Shown one piece after another: positions 1 through 8,296 of a stretch of DNA of 64,000 nucleotides. The position numbers and the translations under genes are program-made. The stretch is from an uncultured delta proteobacterium (GTDB lineage: Bacteria; Myxococcota_A; Polyangia; Polyangiales; JAFGIB01), in assembly GCA_963778655.1 (NCBI GenBank), contig CAVZVA010000009.1, positions 1,344,001 through 1,408,000 of the forward strand, in the 5' to 3' direction. The notes below the pieces were generated by a model, which was given only the letters and a program-made list of their open reading frames with translations, did no database searches and was not told the DNA's origin. Each line of letters begins with the position of its first letter. Within the stretch, counting starts at the first letter, position 1.

Positions 1-1429
1 GCAGCGGCTGGGCGCTGGTGACCAGCAGACAGAAGAAGGTGCCCGGAATGCTGCACAGCCAGCCGATCGGCCGGATCCAAGGCAGGAACGCCAGCGGCGC
101 GGCGATCTCGAGCGCGTACACCAGCTTGGTGCGGCTGAGCAGGGTGCCGAGCGCGAAGCTCGGATTGGCCACCACGGTCTGCAGCACGGCGCCCAGCCCC
201 TTGCCTCCGTACGGCAAAAGCCCCTGGTAGAGCTCGATGAAGCTGCCGGACTGCGCGCCGGCGGGCATGATTACCAGCTTGATCACCAGCGTGTAGACGG
301 TGCCGAGCACGCACAGCAGCAGCCCGGCGAGCGGGCGCTCGCGCTCGGCGATCGCGAACGCGCCGATCATCGCGACGCCGACCGCGGCGTCCTCGCGCAC
401 CAGCAGGCTCAAGATCACGAACAGCGCGGCCAGTCGATCGTGGCGCGCCTCGAACAGGTACAGGCTCGTCCACAGGAAGAACGGCGCCAGCATCAGGAAG
501 TGGAAGTCGTACAGGTTCGGCCCGTGCACCGGCGGGTAGAGCAGGTACGCGCAGGCGACGCCGCACGCGATCCACGCGCCCACGCGGCGAGCGGCAAACA
601 GGTACAGGGGCAGGGCGGCGAATCCGACCAGCACGGCTTGCAGCCAGAGCAGCGTCTCGGCGCGGGGCACGAGCGCGTAGATCGGGGTCAATACGAGCAC
701 GATCAACGTGGCGTGCTGGCCGAGGTGCCGGGTGTGGGGGCCGCCGAAGGGCGAGGCCGGCAGCGCCGGGTCGAAGCCGTGGCTGGCGTTCCAGAACAGG
801 TTGTCGAAGATGCCGAGGTCGAAGCTGTTGGTGCCGAGGTTGTGGTGGTTCTGCACCGTGACCGTGCCGAAGAAGAGCGCGTAGCCGGCGGCGGCTGCCA
901 GCACCAGCGCGAGCGGGGCGCGTTGCGAGCTGCGCAGGCGCGCGGCCAGGGCGCGGACGCGCGAGGCCGCGCCGGGTGCCGGCGGCGCGCTCCGGGGCTC
1001 CAGCTCCAGCGCTAGCGTGAAGGCGCGGCGCGCGCCGACCGCGAGGATCGAAACCAGCACCAGGAAGGGCAGGGGATGCTCGTCCCAGGGCTGGACGTGG
1101 AACAAAGGGGGCAGGAAGGCCCACAGCGAGAGTGGGGCGCAGCGACGGCAGAGCGTGTGCAAGGCGGCCGCGGGCTGGCCGCGGCGCCGCCCGAGCAGCC
1201 ACCCGACCAGCGGCAGTGCGAGCGCGCCCGCGCACAGGCAAGGCAGGGCCGCGCCGAACGCGATGCCTTCGCGCGCGTTGTGCGCGGCGTAGGCGGAGAG
1301 CGCGCTGCCCTGGGCCAGCTCCCACGAGCCCAGGCCCAACGAGGCGCCCTCGAGCGCGAGCCACGCCGTCGAGAGCAACAGCTGGGCAAGCGCGGAGTCG
1401 CGGGCGTCGGGACCGGGATGCGGGCGCAT
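1..1429 (-). CDS. DUF2079-like multi-pass membrane protein (GT-C-like), truncated by window start
   Basis: Not in the ORF track because it runs off the edge. Manual translation from ATG 1429 gives MRPHPGPDARDS...NHHNLGTNSFDLGIFDNLFWN...NLYDFHFLMLAP...LLVREDAA, with many hydrophobic segments. Confidence 0.75.
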   Translation of the reverse strand, partial: MRPHPGPDARDSALAQLLLSTAWLALEGASLGLGSWELAQGSALSAYAAHNAREGIAFGAALPCLCAGALALPLVGWLLGRRRGQPAAALHTLCRRCAPLSLWAFLPPLFHVQPWDEHPLPFLVLVSILAVGARRAFTLALELEPRSAPPAPGAASRVRALAARLRSSQRAPLALVLAAAAGYALFFGTVTVQNHHNLGTNSFDLGIFDNLFWNASHGFDPALPASPFGGPHTRHLGQHATLIVLVLTPIYALVPRAETLLWLQAVLVGFAALPLYLFAARRVGAWIACGVACAYLLYPPVHGPNLYDFHFLMLAPFFLWTSLYLFEARHDRLAALFVILSLLVREDAAVGVAMIGAFAIAERERPLAGLLLCVLGTVYTLVIKLVIMPAGAQSGSFIELYQGLLPYGGKGLGAVLQTVVANPSFALGTLLSRTKLVYALEIAAPLAFLPWIRPIGWLCSIPGTFFCLLVTSAQPL

Positions 1430-1512
1430 GGCTGGAGCTCTGCAGGCGGCTCAACCCCGGCCGAGACTACACCATGGCAGGAGCGCGGGCTTGCGTGTAA
1501 GCTGCGCCAGCG

Positions 1513-2376
1513 GTGGCGAGCCGATCTCGATTCACGCGGTTGTGTCTGGCCTGCGTGCTCGCGTCGCTGGCGCTGTGCGCCTGCGAAAAGCGGGGCGCGG
1601 CCGAGGCGCGCAAGAAGATCCGCCTGGAGCACGCCCCGCGGGTGGCCGCAATCGTGCGCGACGATTTGCAGCGCCACCGGGCCGGGCTGCAGCACGCTGC
1701 CGACCGCGTCGCCGCCGGCTTCGTGAAGGTCAGCGGCGAGCAGCAAGAACGCGAGATGCGCCTGGTGCTCAAGCTGCTGCGCAGCCCCAAGAAGGGTGTG
1801 CAGGAGCTGGTGATCTCGCCGTTGAGCTTCATCGCGGCGGTCGACAAGAGCGGCGTGGTGATCGCCCGCGACAGCGAGCCCGACCACATGAAGGGGATGA
1901 ACCTCGCGAGCATGTTCCCCACGGTGAAGGACGCGCTGGCGGGCAAGGAGGGCTTCGCGATCGGCCAGTTCGCGAGCCTGGAGCCCGGCGGCAAGCCGTC
2001 GGTGACCATCATCATGGCGGCGCCCGCCCACTACCACGGCGAGGTGGTCGGCGCGCTCGCGCTCGGTATCCCGCTGTGGCGCTTGCAGCAGCGCCTGAGC
2101 AAGCAGCTGCAGATGGAGGAAGGCGGCAAGAAGCCCGGGCTCGTGATCTGGGTCTACCTCTACCGGGGCGACGAGGTGTTTTCGCACGGCACGCCGCGCG
2201 ACCTCGACCAGATCGTGCCCGACGCCAAGACCCGCAGCCAGGGGCTCGCACGCAGCCCGGGCGGCTTCACGGGGGAGGTCGCGCAGTACGGCTACTGGTA
2301 TGGCTACGGGGTCAGACCCCTGCGCCTGCTGGGGGACGGGATCGGCGTGGTCATCTTCCGCATGGACCCGCGCTAA
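1513..2376 (+). CDS. Lipoprotein, possibly with a Cache-like sensory domain
   Basis: Lipobox-like LALCAC. Motifs FIAAVDKSGVVIAR and MAAPAHYHGEVVGALALG resemble Cache folds. Confidence 0.6.
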   Translation: MASRSRFTRLCLACVLASLALCACEKRGAAEARKKIRLEHAPRVAAIVRDDLQRHRAGLQHAADRVAAGFVKVSGEQQEREMRLVLKLLRSPKKGVQELVISPLSFIAAVDKSGVVIARDSEPDHMKGMNLASMFPTVKDALAGKEGFAIGQFASLEPGGKPSVTIIMAAPAHYHGEVVGALALGIPLWRLQQRLSKQLQMEEGGKKPGLVIWVYLYRGDEVFSHGTPRDLDQIVPDAKTRSQGLARSPGGFTGEVAQYGYWYGYGVRPLRLLGDGIGVVIFRMDPR

Positions 2377-2386
2377 CAGGCGGTCG

Positions 2387-4027
2387 ATGCACCGCGCCTG
2401 GGTCAAGCTTCTGAGCTGTGGGCTCGTCGCCGTGGTGCTGGCGGTGGCCGGGTACCGCGCCTGGTCTAGCCACCCGGTGTTCTTCGACGACGCGTACATC
2501 ACCTACCGCTACGCGCAGAACCTGGTAGCCGGTCACGGCCCGGTCTACAACGTCGACGAGCGCGTCGAGGGCTACACCAACTTCTCGTGGATGCTGCTGG
2601 TGGCCGCCGGCATGCGCGCCGGTTGGGATCCGCTGAGCGTGAGCCGCGCTGCGGGGCTGTTCTGCCACATGGCGATGCTGGCGCTGATCGGCTGGCTGGG
2701 CACGGCCTGGCTGTTGCGACAGGGCTGGTCGCGCGCGTGGCTGCTGCCGCCTGTGTTCGTGCTGCTGGTGCGCCCGCAGGCGTTCGCCGCGATGGCCGGC
2801 TGTGGGCTGGAAACCCCGCTGGTGACGGCGCTGCTGGTGGCCAACGCCGCCTTGCTCGCGTGCGGCGATTTTTCGCGCTGGCCGGCGCGCGCCGCGCTTG
2901 CAGTCGGGCTCAGCCTGGCGGTGCTCACTCGCATGGACTCGCTGATCGCGGTGGGTGCCGCGGTGCTGGCGTTGGCCTGGACGCCGTTGCGCGCCCACCA
3001 GGGCGTGCGCGCGGCCGTGCGCTCCGCGCTGTGGCCCACGCTGCCGGTGCTGGGCGTGCTCGCGATCTGGACCGTCTGGCGGCTGGTCTACTACGGCGAC
3101 GTGCTGCCCAACACCTTCTACGCCAAGGCCGCGGCGGTCTCGCACACCGACGCGGGGCTGGCCTATTTCAAGGCCCTAAACGATAGCTATCCGGAGATGC
3201 TGCCGCTGCTCGTGCTGTGCGTGGCCGGGCTGGGCGTCAGCGACCCGAAGTTGCAGCGGATGGCGGTCTTCGCAAACATCACGCTGGCGATCGAGATCGC
3301 GTACACGGTGCGCGTCGGCGGCGACTTCATGGAGTACCGCTTCGCCTGGCAGCAGTACGGCCTGTTGGTGCTGGGGGCGCTGGTGGGCCTGTCGGCCGTC
3401 GCCACCAAAAGCTGGCTGTCCGGGATGGCGGTGGTGTGCGCGGCGCTTTCGGTCTCGGGCCAGACCGTGCGCTTCGAGCACGGCTTCGGTATGCAATCGC
3501 TCGATGAGATGGACGGCTACGCGCACACCGGGACGCAAGTCGGCAAGAAGCTGGGGCAGCTGCTTCCCCACGAGGTGATCGTGTCGACCACGCTGGCGGG
3601 CACGATCGCCTACTATTCGAAGCTCGAGGTCATCGACCAGTGGGGGCTCAACGACCACTTCGTGGCCCACGAACCGATGCGCGGCTTCATCCGCGGTCAC
3701 GTCAAGTTCGCGCCGCTGGGCTACCTGCGCTCGCGCGGGGTGAACCTCTACATCGAGCATCCGGTCACCTGCAGCTGCAGCTCGCCCTGCCGCGAGCGCA
3801 AGCCCAACGTGTTCGTGCGGCTGGGCGACGGGCGCTGCCTGCGGACGTGGTACTTGGTGCAGCGCGAGAAGCTGACCCACTATTTCTGCGATCACCCGGA
3901 GTCGTTCGTGCTCAGCCGGGTGCGCTGCCCCAAGCCGCCTCCGCCTCCGCGCGCGGCCGCGCCGGCCGCTCCGCCTGCACGCGCAGCGGCTCCTGCGCCG
4001 CCGCCTCAGCCGCGCGCGCGGCGCTGA
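2387..4027 (+). CDS. GT-C-type membrane glycosyltransferase (arabinofuranosyltransferase-like)
   Basis: FDDAYITYRYAQNL...VEGYTNF, GLETPL, YYGDVLPNTFYAK, GGDFMEYRF and IDQWGLND motifs; many TM helices; Pro/Ala tail. Start taken at ATG 2387. Confidence 0.75.
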   Translation: MHRAWVKLLSCGLVAVVLAVAGYRAWSSHPVFFDDAYITYRYAQNLVAGHGPVYNVDERVEGYTNFSWMLLVAAGMRAGWDPLSVSRAAGLFCHMAMLALIGWLGTAWLLRQGWSRAWLLPPVFVLLVRPQAFAAMAGCGLETPLVTALLVANAALLACGDFSRWPARAALAVGLSLAVLTRMDSLIAVGAAVLALAWTPLRAHQGVRAAVRSALWPTLPVLGVLAIWTVWRLVYYGDVLPNTFYAKAAAVSHTDAGLAYFKALNDSYPEMLPLLVLCVAGLGVSDPKLQRMAVFANITLAIEIAYTVRVGGDFMEYRFAWQQYGLLVLGALVGLSAVATKSWLSGMAVVCAALSVSGQTVRFEHGFGMQSLDEMDGYAHTGTQVGKKLGQLLPHEVIVSTTLAGTIAYYSKLEVIDQWGLNDHFVAHEPMRGFIRGHVKFAPLGYLRSRGVNLYIEHPVTCSCSSPCRERKPNVFVRLGDGRCLRTWYLVQREKLTHYFCDHPESFVLSRVRCPKPPPPPRAAAPAAPPARAAAPAPPPQPRARR

Positions 4028-4111
4028 GCGCCGAGCGCGGCGAGCCGTTGCGCCGGCATTCGAGGGGCGCCTGCCGATCACCTGGGGATCGCGCCGGCGC
4101 GGGGATTCGCG

Positions 4112-4843
4112 TCAGCCGCGCTTGGCGGCGTCCAGGCGCTCCAGGCTCTGGGTCGGGCTCAGCTCGAAGCGCCAGGGCCCTTTGCGGGTGGGCTCGGCGA
4201 CCGCCCGGCGCAGCGCGGTCAGAAAGCGCGCGCGCGGCCACTCCTGCGCGCCGAAGCGCGCCAGGTGATCCGTGTACACCTGACAATCGACGAAGTGAAA
4301 CCCCCACTGGCACAGGTTGCCGAGCATCGAGACGGTCGCCACCTTCGAGGCGTCGGGCGCCAGCGAGAACATCGATTCGCCGCAGAAGCTCGCTCCGAGC
4401 GCGACGCCATAGAGCCCGCCCGCGAGATCTCCTCTTCGCCAGGCCTCGATGCTGTGAGCCAACCCGAGCTTGTGCAGCGAGTGGAAACCATGGCGGATCT
4501 CATCGGTGATCCAGGTCCCGTCCTGGCCTGGACGCTCGACCGTCGCACAGCGCTCGAGCACCTGATCGAATGCGCTGTCGGTGCGGATCTCGTATTCGTC
4601 GCTGCGGACCCGCTTGCGCAGAGAGCGGCCCACGTGAACGCTGTCGAAGCTGATCACGAAGCGCGGGTCGGGGCAAAACCACAGCAGCGGCAGCCCGTCG
4701 TGGGGCCAGGGGAAGATCCCCTGCGAATAGGCCAGGACCAGCCGCTCTGGCAGGGTATCACCACCGACCGCGAGCAAGCCCTCTGGGGATGCGCCCTCCG
4801 GCGGGGGGAATGTGAGCTCCTTGGTCAGCATGTACACGGGCAC
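4112..4843 (-). CDS. aat: Leucyl/phenylalanyl-tRNA--protein transferase
   Basis: GLLAVGGD, AYSQGIFPW, GTWIT, AHSIEAW, GGLYGV, FCGESMFS, DASKVA, DCQ motifs. Start probably GTG 4843 (MPVYML). Confidence 0.95.
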   Translation of the reverse strand: MPVYMLTKELTFPPPEGASPEGLLAVGGDTLPERLVLAYSQGIFPWPHDGLPLLWFCPDPRFVISFDSVHVGRSLRKRVRSDEYEIRTDSAFDQVLERCATVERPGQDGTWITDEIRHGFHSLHKLGLAHSIEAWRRGDLAGGLYGVALGASFCGESMFSLAPDASKVATVSMLGNLCQWGFHFVDCQVYTDHLARFGAQEWPRARFLTALRRAVAEPTRKGPWRFELSPTQSLERLDAAKRG

Positions 4844-5013
4844 AGTCGCACAGTGTAGCATCGCGAGGCAGCAGACTCGCGCATCCCGGCCGGCGCGCCC
4901 GCTCCCGCCACCGGCGGCGCGACCTTGCGCCGGGCGCGCCTCGTATCTGTCGCCGTGGCACGCACGTCTGCTACCGTAGGGACCGGGCCGTAAGCACACG
5001 GTCGAGAGGGGCC

Positions 5014-6732
5014 ATGGCGAGACACAGCGTGATGTGGTTGGCGGCGGCAGCCGCGCTCTGCGTCGGGTGTAGCCACTCCGACACCAACAATGCGGGCGAC
5101 GTGCTGGCGTCATCGCTCACCAGCGCGGTGACGTTCACTCACGGGGTGCTGCTGAACGATCCTCTGCCCGAGACCACGGACCCGCGAGCGACCTTGCTGC
5201 CGCTCGGGCCGACCGTGGTGATGCAGCCCTCCCAGGGCAGCCTGATGGCGATCGAGGTGGACGACCCCGACCAGCGCGAGGTCGCCGCCACGCTGATCCA
5301 GTTCGAGGGCGAGGGCTCGCACACGCGGGTGCCCGATGACCAGAGCTCGATGAGCCCGGGCGTGGTCGAGAACGACTTCATCGTGGCCAAGAACCTGTGC
5401 AAGGGGCTGTGCAACGCGATCTTCACCGTACACGTTCAGGAGAAGGTCGAGCTCGCGGACGGCAAGATCAGCGATGGCACGACACGCGACGTGGTGGTCG
5501 ATTGCCGCAAGAGCGGCGACCCGGCATCCTGCCCGCCCAAGGGGTCGAACGCGTCCGGCCGTGGAGTCCAGTCGCTGTGCGGCGACGTCACCATGGGCGA
5601 GATCGCGCTCAGCGGGGACCATCCGCTCGACGCATATCTGGACGCGGTGCGCCAGCTCAGCAAGGTCGCGGGCAGTGCCGATACGAAGATCAAGTCGGCG
5701 CTGTCGGCGATCGCGACCAATCTCAAGATCGACCCGCAGAGCAGCGCAGCGGACATCGCCAGCGCGCTGACCGCGCGCATCGATCAGGACACCGAGGGCG
5801 GCCTGACGTTGCTGCTGGGGCAGCCCGGCTGCGCGACCCGGCTGGAGCAGGTGTCGCTGGCGCTGCGCGTTTGCGATCCGACGCTGATGAGCCTGGGCGC
5901 GATGCAGTGCGAGGGCACCTGCGTGCCGACCTCGGACACCGCGGTCTGTGCGGGCGCGCCGAGCTCGGGCTGCCGGGGCGTGCTCGACGGCGCGCAGTGC
6001 GACGGCAGCTGCGTCGGGGCGTGCGAGAGCACGCTGGCGATGCCCGCTGTTTGCGACGGAACCTGCATCGGCAGCTGCGACGGGCCTTGCCCAGACGACG
6101 GTACGGGCGGCTGCGCTGGCCCGTGCACCGGCAACTGCACCGGCAAGTGCCGTACGGTCAACAGCGGCAGCTGCGATGGCGACTGCACCGGACTGTGCGA
6201 CGTGATGCAGATGGGCGAGCCGAGCTGCGACGCTCCGCTCGCAGGCTACTGCGACAGCGGCATGGACAGTGGCCTGGCCTGTCCCGGCGACTGCTTCGGC
6301 GGGGCGAGCGTGGACCAGGGGCTCGACGTGTGTCGGGTGAGCGCGCTGTCGCTGGCGGCGAGCTACCCGCGCTGCGAGGCGCCGCTGGTGCAGCTCAGCT
6401 TCGCCTTCAAGTCGGGCCTCGACTCCGCCGAGCAGGCCGACTTCGCGACCTTCGTGCGCCAGGTCAACGTTCCGCTGGTCAAGCTGTATGACGCGCTGGG
6501 GCGCATCGGGCTGCTCTCGGCCGAAGCGATGGCGCTCTCGAGCGAAGGGCAGGGCGCGATCGCCGACGAGCTCAGCACAAAGCTCGCAAGCGCGCCCGAG
6601 GACTCGGGCCTCGGCTGTGCCAACCGGCGTTTGCCCGAGACCAGCAGCTGGCTCGACGACGAGCAGACCTTGCTGATGAGCTCGCAAGCGGACGCGGTGC
6701 TGGTGCTGTCCGCCTTCACGGTCACGCACTGA
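5014..6732 (+). CDS. Cysteine-rich myxobacterial lipoprotein
   Basis: Lipobox CVGC; run of CxGxCxGxC repeats in the central part. Confidence 0.8.
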   Translation: MARHSVMWLAAAAALCVGCSHSDTNNAGDVLASSLTSAVTFTHGVLLNDPLPETTDPRATLLPLGPTVVMQPSQGSLMAIEVDDPDQREVAATLIQFEGEGSHTRVPDDQSSMSPGVVENDFIVAKNLCKGLCNAIFTVHVQEKVELADGKISDGTTRDVVVDCRKSGDPASCPPKGSNASGRGVQSLCGDVTMGEIALSGDHPLDAYLDAVRQLSKVAGSADTKIKSALSAIATNLKIDPQSSAADIASALTARIDQDTEGGLTLLLGQPGCATRLEQVSLALRVCDPTLMSLGAMQCEGTCVPTSDTAVCAGAPSSGCRGVLDGAQCDGSCVGACESTLAMPAVCDGTCIGSCDGPCPDDGTGGCAGPCTGNCTGKCRTVNSGSCDGDCTGLCDVMQMGEPSCDAPLAGYCDSGMDSGLACPGDCFGGASVDQGLDVCRVSALSLAASYPRCEAPLVQLSFAFKSGLDSAEQADFATFVRQVNVPLVKLYDALGRIGLLSAEAMALSSEGQGAIADELSTKLASAPEDSGLGCANRRLPETSSWLDDEQTLLMSSQADAVLVLSAFTVTH

Positions 6733-6751
6733 AGACGCACACCGAGCAGGA

Positions 6752-6830
6752 CATGGAAGGTGGGAAGCCGGGAAGGACAGCCCAACGACCTTCTCTTGCC
6801 GCCTTCCCGTCTGGCTGTGGTTCCTGAAAC
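6752..6830. repeat. Intergenic palindromic repeat family (GGAAGGCGGGAAG type), copy 1
   Basis: ggaaggtgggaagccgggaagg...gccttcccgt between convergent genes. Confidence 0.6.
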
Positions 6831-6854
6831 CCGCTTGCTTCTGGATCGACGTGA

Positions 6855-7859
6855 CTACCCGCGGCTCGCGCGGCGGTACTCCAGCGGCGTCTGCCCGGTC
6901 CAGCGGCGGAAGGCGCGATGAAAGGCCTCCGGTCGCGAAAAGCCCACCAGAAAGGCGACCTCCGCGATGCCCAGCCGGCCCTGGCTGAGGTAGCTCAACG
7001 CCAGCGAGCGCCGCAGCTCCTCGAGCAGGGCGCCGAACGACGTCCCCTCGTGCGCGAGCCGCCGCGACAGCGTGCGCTGGCTCATGTGCAGCTGGCCGGC
7101 GATGGTGGCGGCGGTCAGGTGACCCTGGGCCAGCCGCTCGCTCACCAGGCGGCGCACGGTCTCGGTGAAGGTGTGGCCGCGGGGCAGCTCGGCCAGGGCG
7201 CGCTCGGCGTGCTTGCGCACCACCGCGTGCAGCCGCGGATCGGCCCCCACGATCGGCGCCTGAAGCGCGCTCGCCGCGAACACGAACGCGCTGTAGGGAG
7301 CGCAAAAGCGCAGGCGTGCTTCGCCGAACGTGCGCCGGTGCTCCGAGAGGTCGGCCGGCGCGGGGTAGGTGAGCCAGCACTCCACTTCCGAGGGTTCCAG
7401 CGGCAGCCGCCGCACGTGAATCGTGAACAGGCCGCTGAGCATGAAGTCCTCGGCGGCCCGGGGCTGCGCGACATGGCTCTGCAGGCGCACGATGGCGCGG
7501 CCCGACTCCAGCTCGGTCCGGATCACGAGCGCGTCGTTGAGCAAGCGGATGTAGCGGCCCGCGTTCTCGATCGCGTTCTGCACCGTGCCCGGTGACTGCA
7601 TGGCGTAGTCGACGACGCCGGCGTCTCCCAGAAACATCGCGCGGCCGGCCTTCAGACCGAGGCTCGGATCGCCGGAGAGCGACACGGCTGCCTGCAGCAA
7701 CACGTGTGCCTGGGCAATCAGGATGCGCTCGTCGGGGTCGCGGTCCTTGAGCTCGTCGACCACGGCCGCGACGGCTGCGTCGGTGCGCGGCACCAGCGGC
7801 AGGAAGGCCTGGGCCAGGCGCAAGGCGTAGCAGGGCTCGACGGTTCCGGCTTGGTTCAC
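6855..7859 (-). CDS. AraC family transcriptional regulator
   Basis: C-terminal double HTH (IAGQLHMSQRTLSRRL...IAEVAFLVGFSRPEAFHRAFRRWTGQTPLEYR). Start uncertain. Confidence 0.9.
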   Translation of the reverse strand: MNQAGTVEPCYALRLAQAFLPLVPRTDAAVAAVVDELKDRDPDERILIAQAHVLLQAAVSLSGDPSLGLKAGRAMFLGDAGVVDYAMQSPGTVQNAIENAGRYIRLLNDALVIRTELESGRAIVRLQSHVAQPRAAEDFMLSGLFTIHVRRLPLEPSEVECWLTYPAPADLSEHRRTFGEARLRFCAPYSAFVFAASALQAPIVGADPRLHAVVRKHAERALAELPRGHTFTETVRRLVSERLAQGHLTAATIAGQLHMSQRTLSRRLAHEGTSFGALLEELRRSLALSYLSQGRLGIAEVAFLVGFSRPEAFHRAFRRWTGQTPLEYRRASRG

Positions 7860-8009
7860 GGCTGTTTCAGCGAGGCTTGCGGCGGGGGCGCCTCGCCAGG
7901 TCGCCGGCACCGCAGCGGGGGCGCGTCGTGCGCGCTTCGCGCGCACCGACCAACCAACCACGACACGTGACTATACCGATATAGGCTGCGCTCGACCACC
8001 AGCCGCGCA

Positions 8010-8230
8010 CGCGTCATCGCCGCCGAAGTAGACCATCATCTCCGGGTGCGCCACGTTGAGCGCGGCGTAGGGCAGCAGCCGCGGGTAGAGCGCCTCGGCT
8101 GCGCGGCGGTCGCCTCGTGCTTCGGGACCAGCCGCTCGTTGTGCTGCACCAGGTACAGCAGCACGTCGAAGACTTTCGGACGCAGCTCCACCACGCGGCC
8201 CTGGTGCCGCAGCTGGTGGGGCGGGAAGCG
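8010..8230 (-). pseudogene. Remnant of a winged-helix (Trans_reg_C-type) large regulator
   Basis: One frame reads HQLRHQGRVVELRPKVFDVLLYLVQHNERLVPKHE. It is joined out of frame to GDRRAAEALYPRLLPYAALNVAHPEMMVYFG. No proper start codon. Confidence 0.6.
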
Positions 8231-8244
8231 CGGATGAAATTCGG

Positions 8245-8288
8245 GCTTTCCGCCTTCCTGTGAATCTTCTCTTGCCCGCTTCCCGGAC
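8245..8288. repeat. Intergenic repeat family, copy 2 (right arm)
   Basis: ctttccgccttcctgtgaatc...gcttcccgg. Confidence 0.6.
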
Positions 8289-8296
8289 GAGCTCGG

